Source of the DNA: Moniliella sp. 'wahieum'
Lineage: Eukaryota
Direction of reading: 5' to 3'
DNA length: 38,826 nt
NCBI GenBank assembly: GCA_003971905.1
Contig: RSEE01000044.1
Coordinates: 496,001-534,826 of the forward strand
The translations under genes and the position numbers were made by a program. Of the stretch, positions 38,101 through 38,826 are shown one piece after another (position 1 is the first letter of the stretch; the number at the start of each line of letters is the position of its first letter). The notes beneath the pieces are model-generated. The model searched no databases, was not told where the DNA came from, and worked only from the letters and a program-made list of their open reading frames with translations.

Positions 38101-38826
38101 TCCTGGCGCATCTTCAGTGGCTTGAGTACCTGCTGGTACACAGCATCCGCCTTAGCGATCCACTCATTGCCGTAGTCGGTGGACTCCAGGACGAAGGGCG
38201 GTAGTTATTGATAATGTAGAGATCGGGTTCGTTCCCCACCTCGAGCGAATTGACCTGAACGTTCTTCAGCGAGTCCAACAAGGACTGTGCTTGGGTCACT
38301 GCGCGGGAGATGGAGTCGTTGCCATTATAAGCGAGATTGATGCCAAAGGTAATGGGCGTGCTCCTGGGGAAGTTGTCATCGCAGCATAGTACCCCAGGGC
38401 CATAAATCCAACTGTCGGTTTTGGACCCAGGGTTGCCAGGACCATTGGCGTTGGGGTTGCTCACAATGCCGAGCGAGGCGTTGGAGGATCGTAGAGCATA
38501 TTGTCCCCACTTGTTGCCACCACACGGATGTGAGGGGGGCGCCCATGTACTTGGCAATGTTGCCAAAAGCTGATTGATGCGAGTGCGTTGGGGGCATCGA
38601 TGCCGGTAGTAAGGAGAGGAGGTGCTAGGTTCGATTCCCCACACCCATGAAGGTAGCATCCAGCAGAGGCGACACGCCGGACGCCATGCCTTTGATGGTC
38701 GCGCGGGCGTGAGGGTGACCTGAGCGGCGGCGAGTGGCGAGTGCGGCAGGAGGCGAGGCGAGAGCGCGGCGGTGGCGACGGGAGGCGGGTCGCCGCCGCG
38801 GAGCTGAGGCTCGCACGCTGGTTGCG
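35157..38826 (-). CDS. Glycoside hydrolase family 79 (beta-glucuronidase-like) membrane protein; 5' end at or beyond the window edge
   Basis: Signal-peptide end LAAAQVTLTP, then FMGVGIEPS, HIRVGGN, ITFGINLAY, LEVGNEPDLY (acid/base E), YFLREMGSVG (nucleophile E), GISDTFG, WTLNFFLFASTVGVSSVQIHMTD, PHVRSSYYA. A Gly/Ser/Thr linker leads to the TM helix AVIAIAAGCGGGALLAIIAVIVLVAC plus MRKRRR (~36790-36890). Low-complexity frames continue to ~35200; that 3' extent is inferred. Confidence 0.85.

Noticed and set aside
38620..38647. GGTTCGATTCC, resembling a tRNA T-loop
   Set aside because: The flanks cannot form a T-stem or acceptor stem, and the site is the antisense of GH79 codons (GIEPS).

Overview
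Gene-dense, GC-rich fungal DNA, most likely basidiomycete, judging from short GT(A/G)CGT...CTRAC...YAG introns and the gene families present. The assembly looks indel-rich: even conserved genes (GPD1, SmD1) carry 1-2 nt frameshifts, so I rebuilt genes by eye across frames and introns and many boundaries are approximate. Recognisable genes: a secreted sedolisin (S53) protease, a divergent CACTA/CMC-type DDE transposase-like gene with no visible TIRs, a SIKE/FGFR1OP2-like coiled-coil protein with a long low-complexity tail, GPD1, a COG3044/MRB1590-like ABC-class ATPase with an RGG N-terminus, a RING-H2 E3 ligase, SmD1, and a GH79 glycosidase with a transmembrane helix and long cytoplasmic tail. 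Several orphan ORFs are also present. Non-coding observations: intergenic DNA built from patches of short palindromes and local inverted repeats, a recurrent CTTGAAGCTT word, TCACATGT promoter motifs, and a diverged ~180-bp ATG-to-3'-splice-site module present twice. I found no rRNA, tRNA or CRISPR. I cannot demonstrate a new multi-gene system. The best candidates for novelty are the possibly domesticated transposase, the palindrome-mosaic intergenic DNA, the duplicated exon-intron module and the RGG-ATPase.
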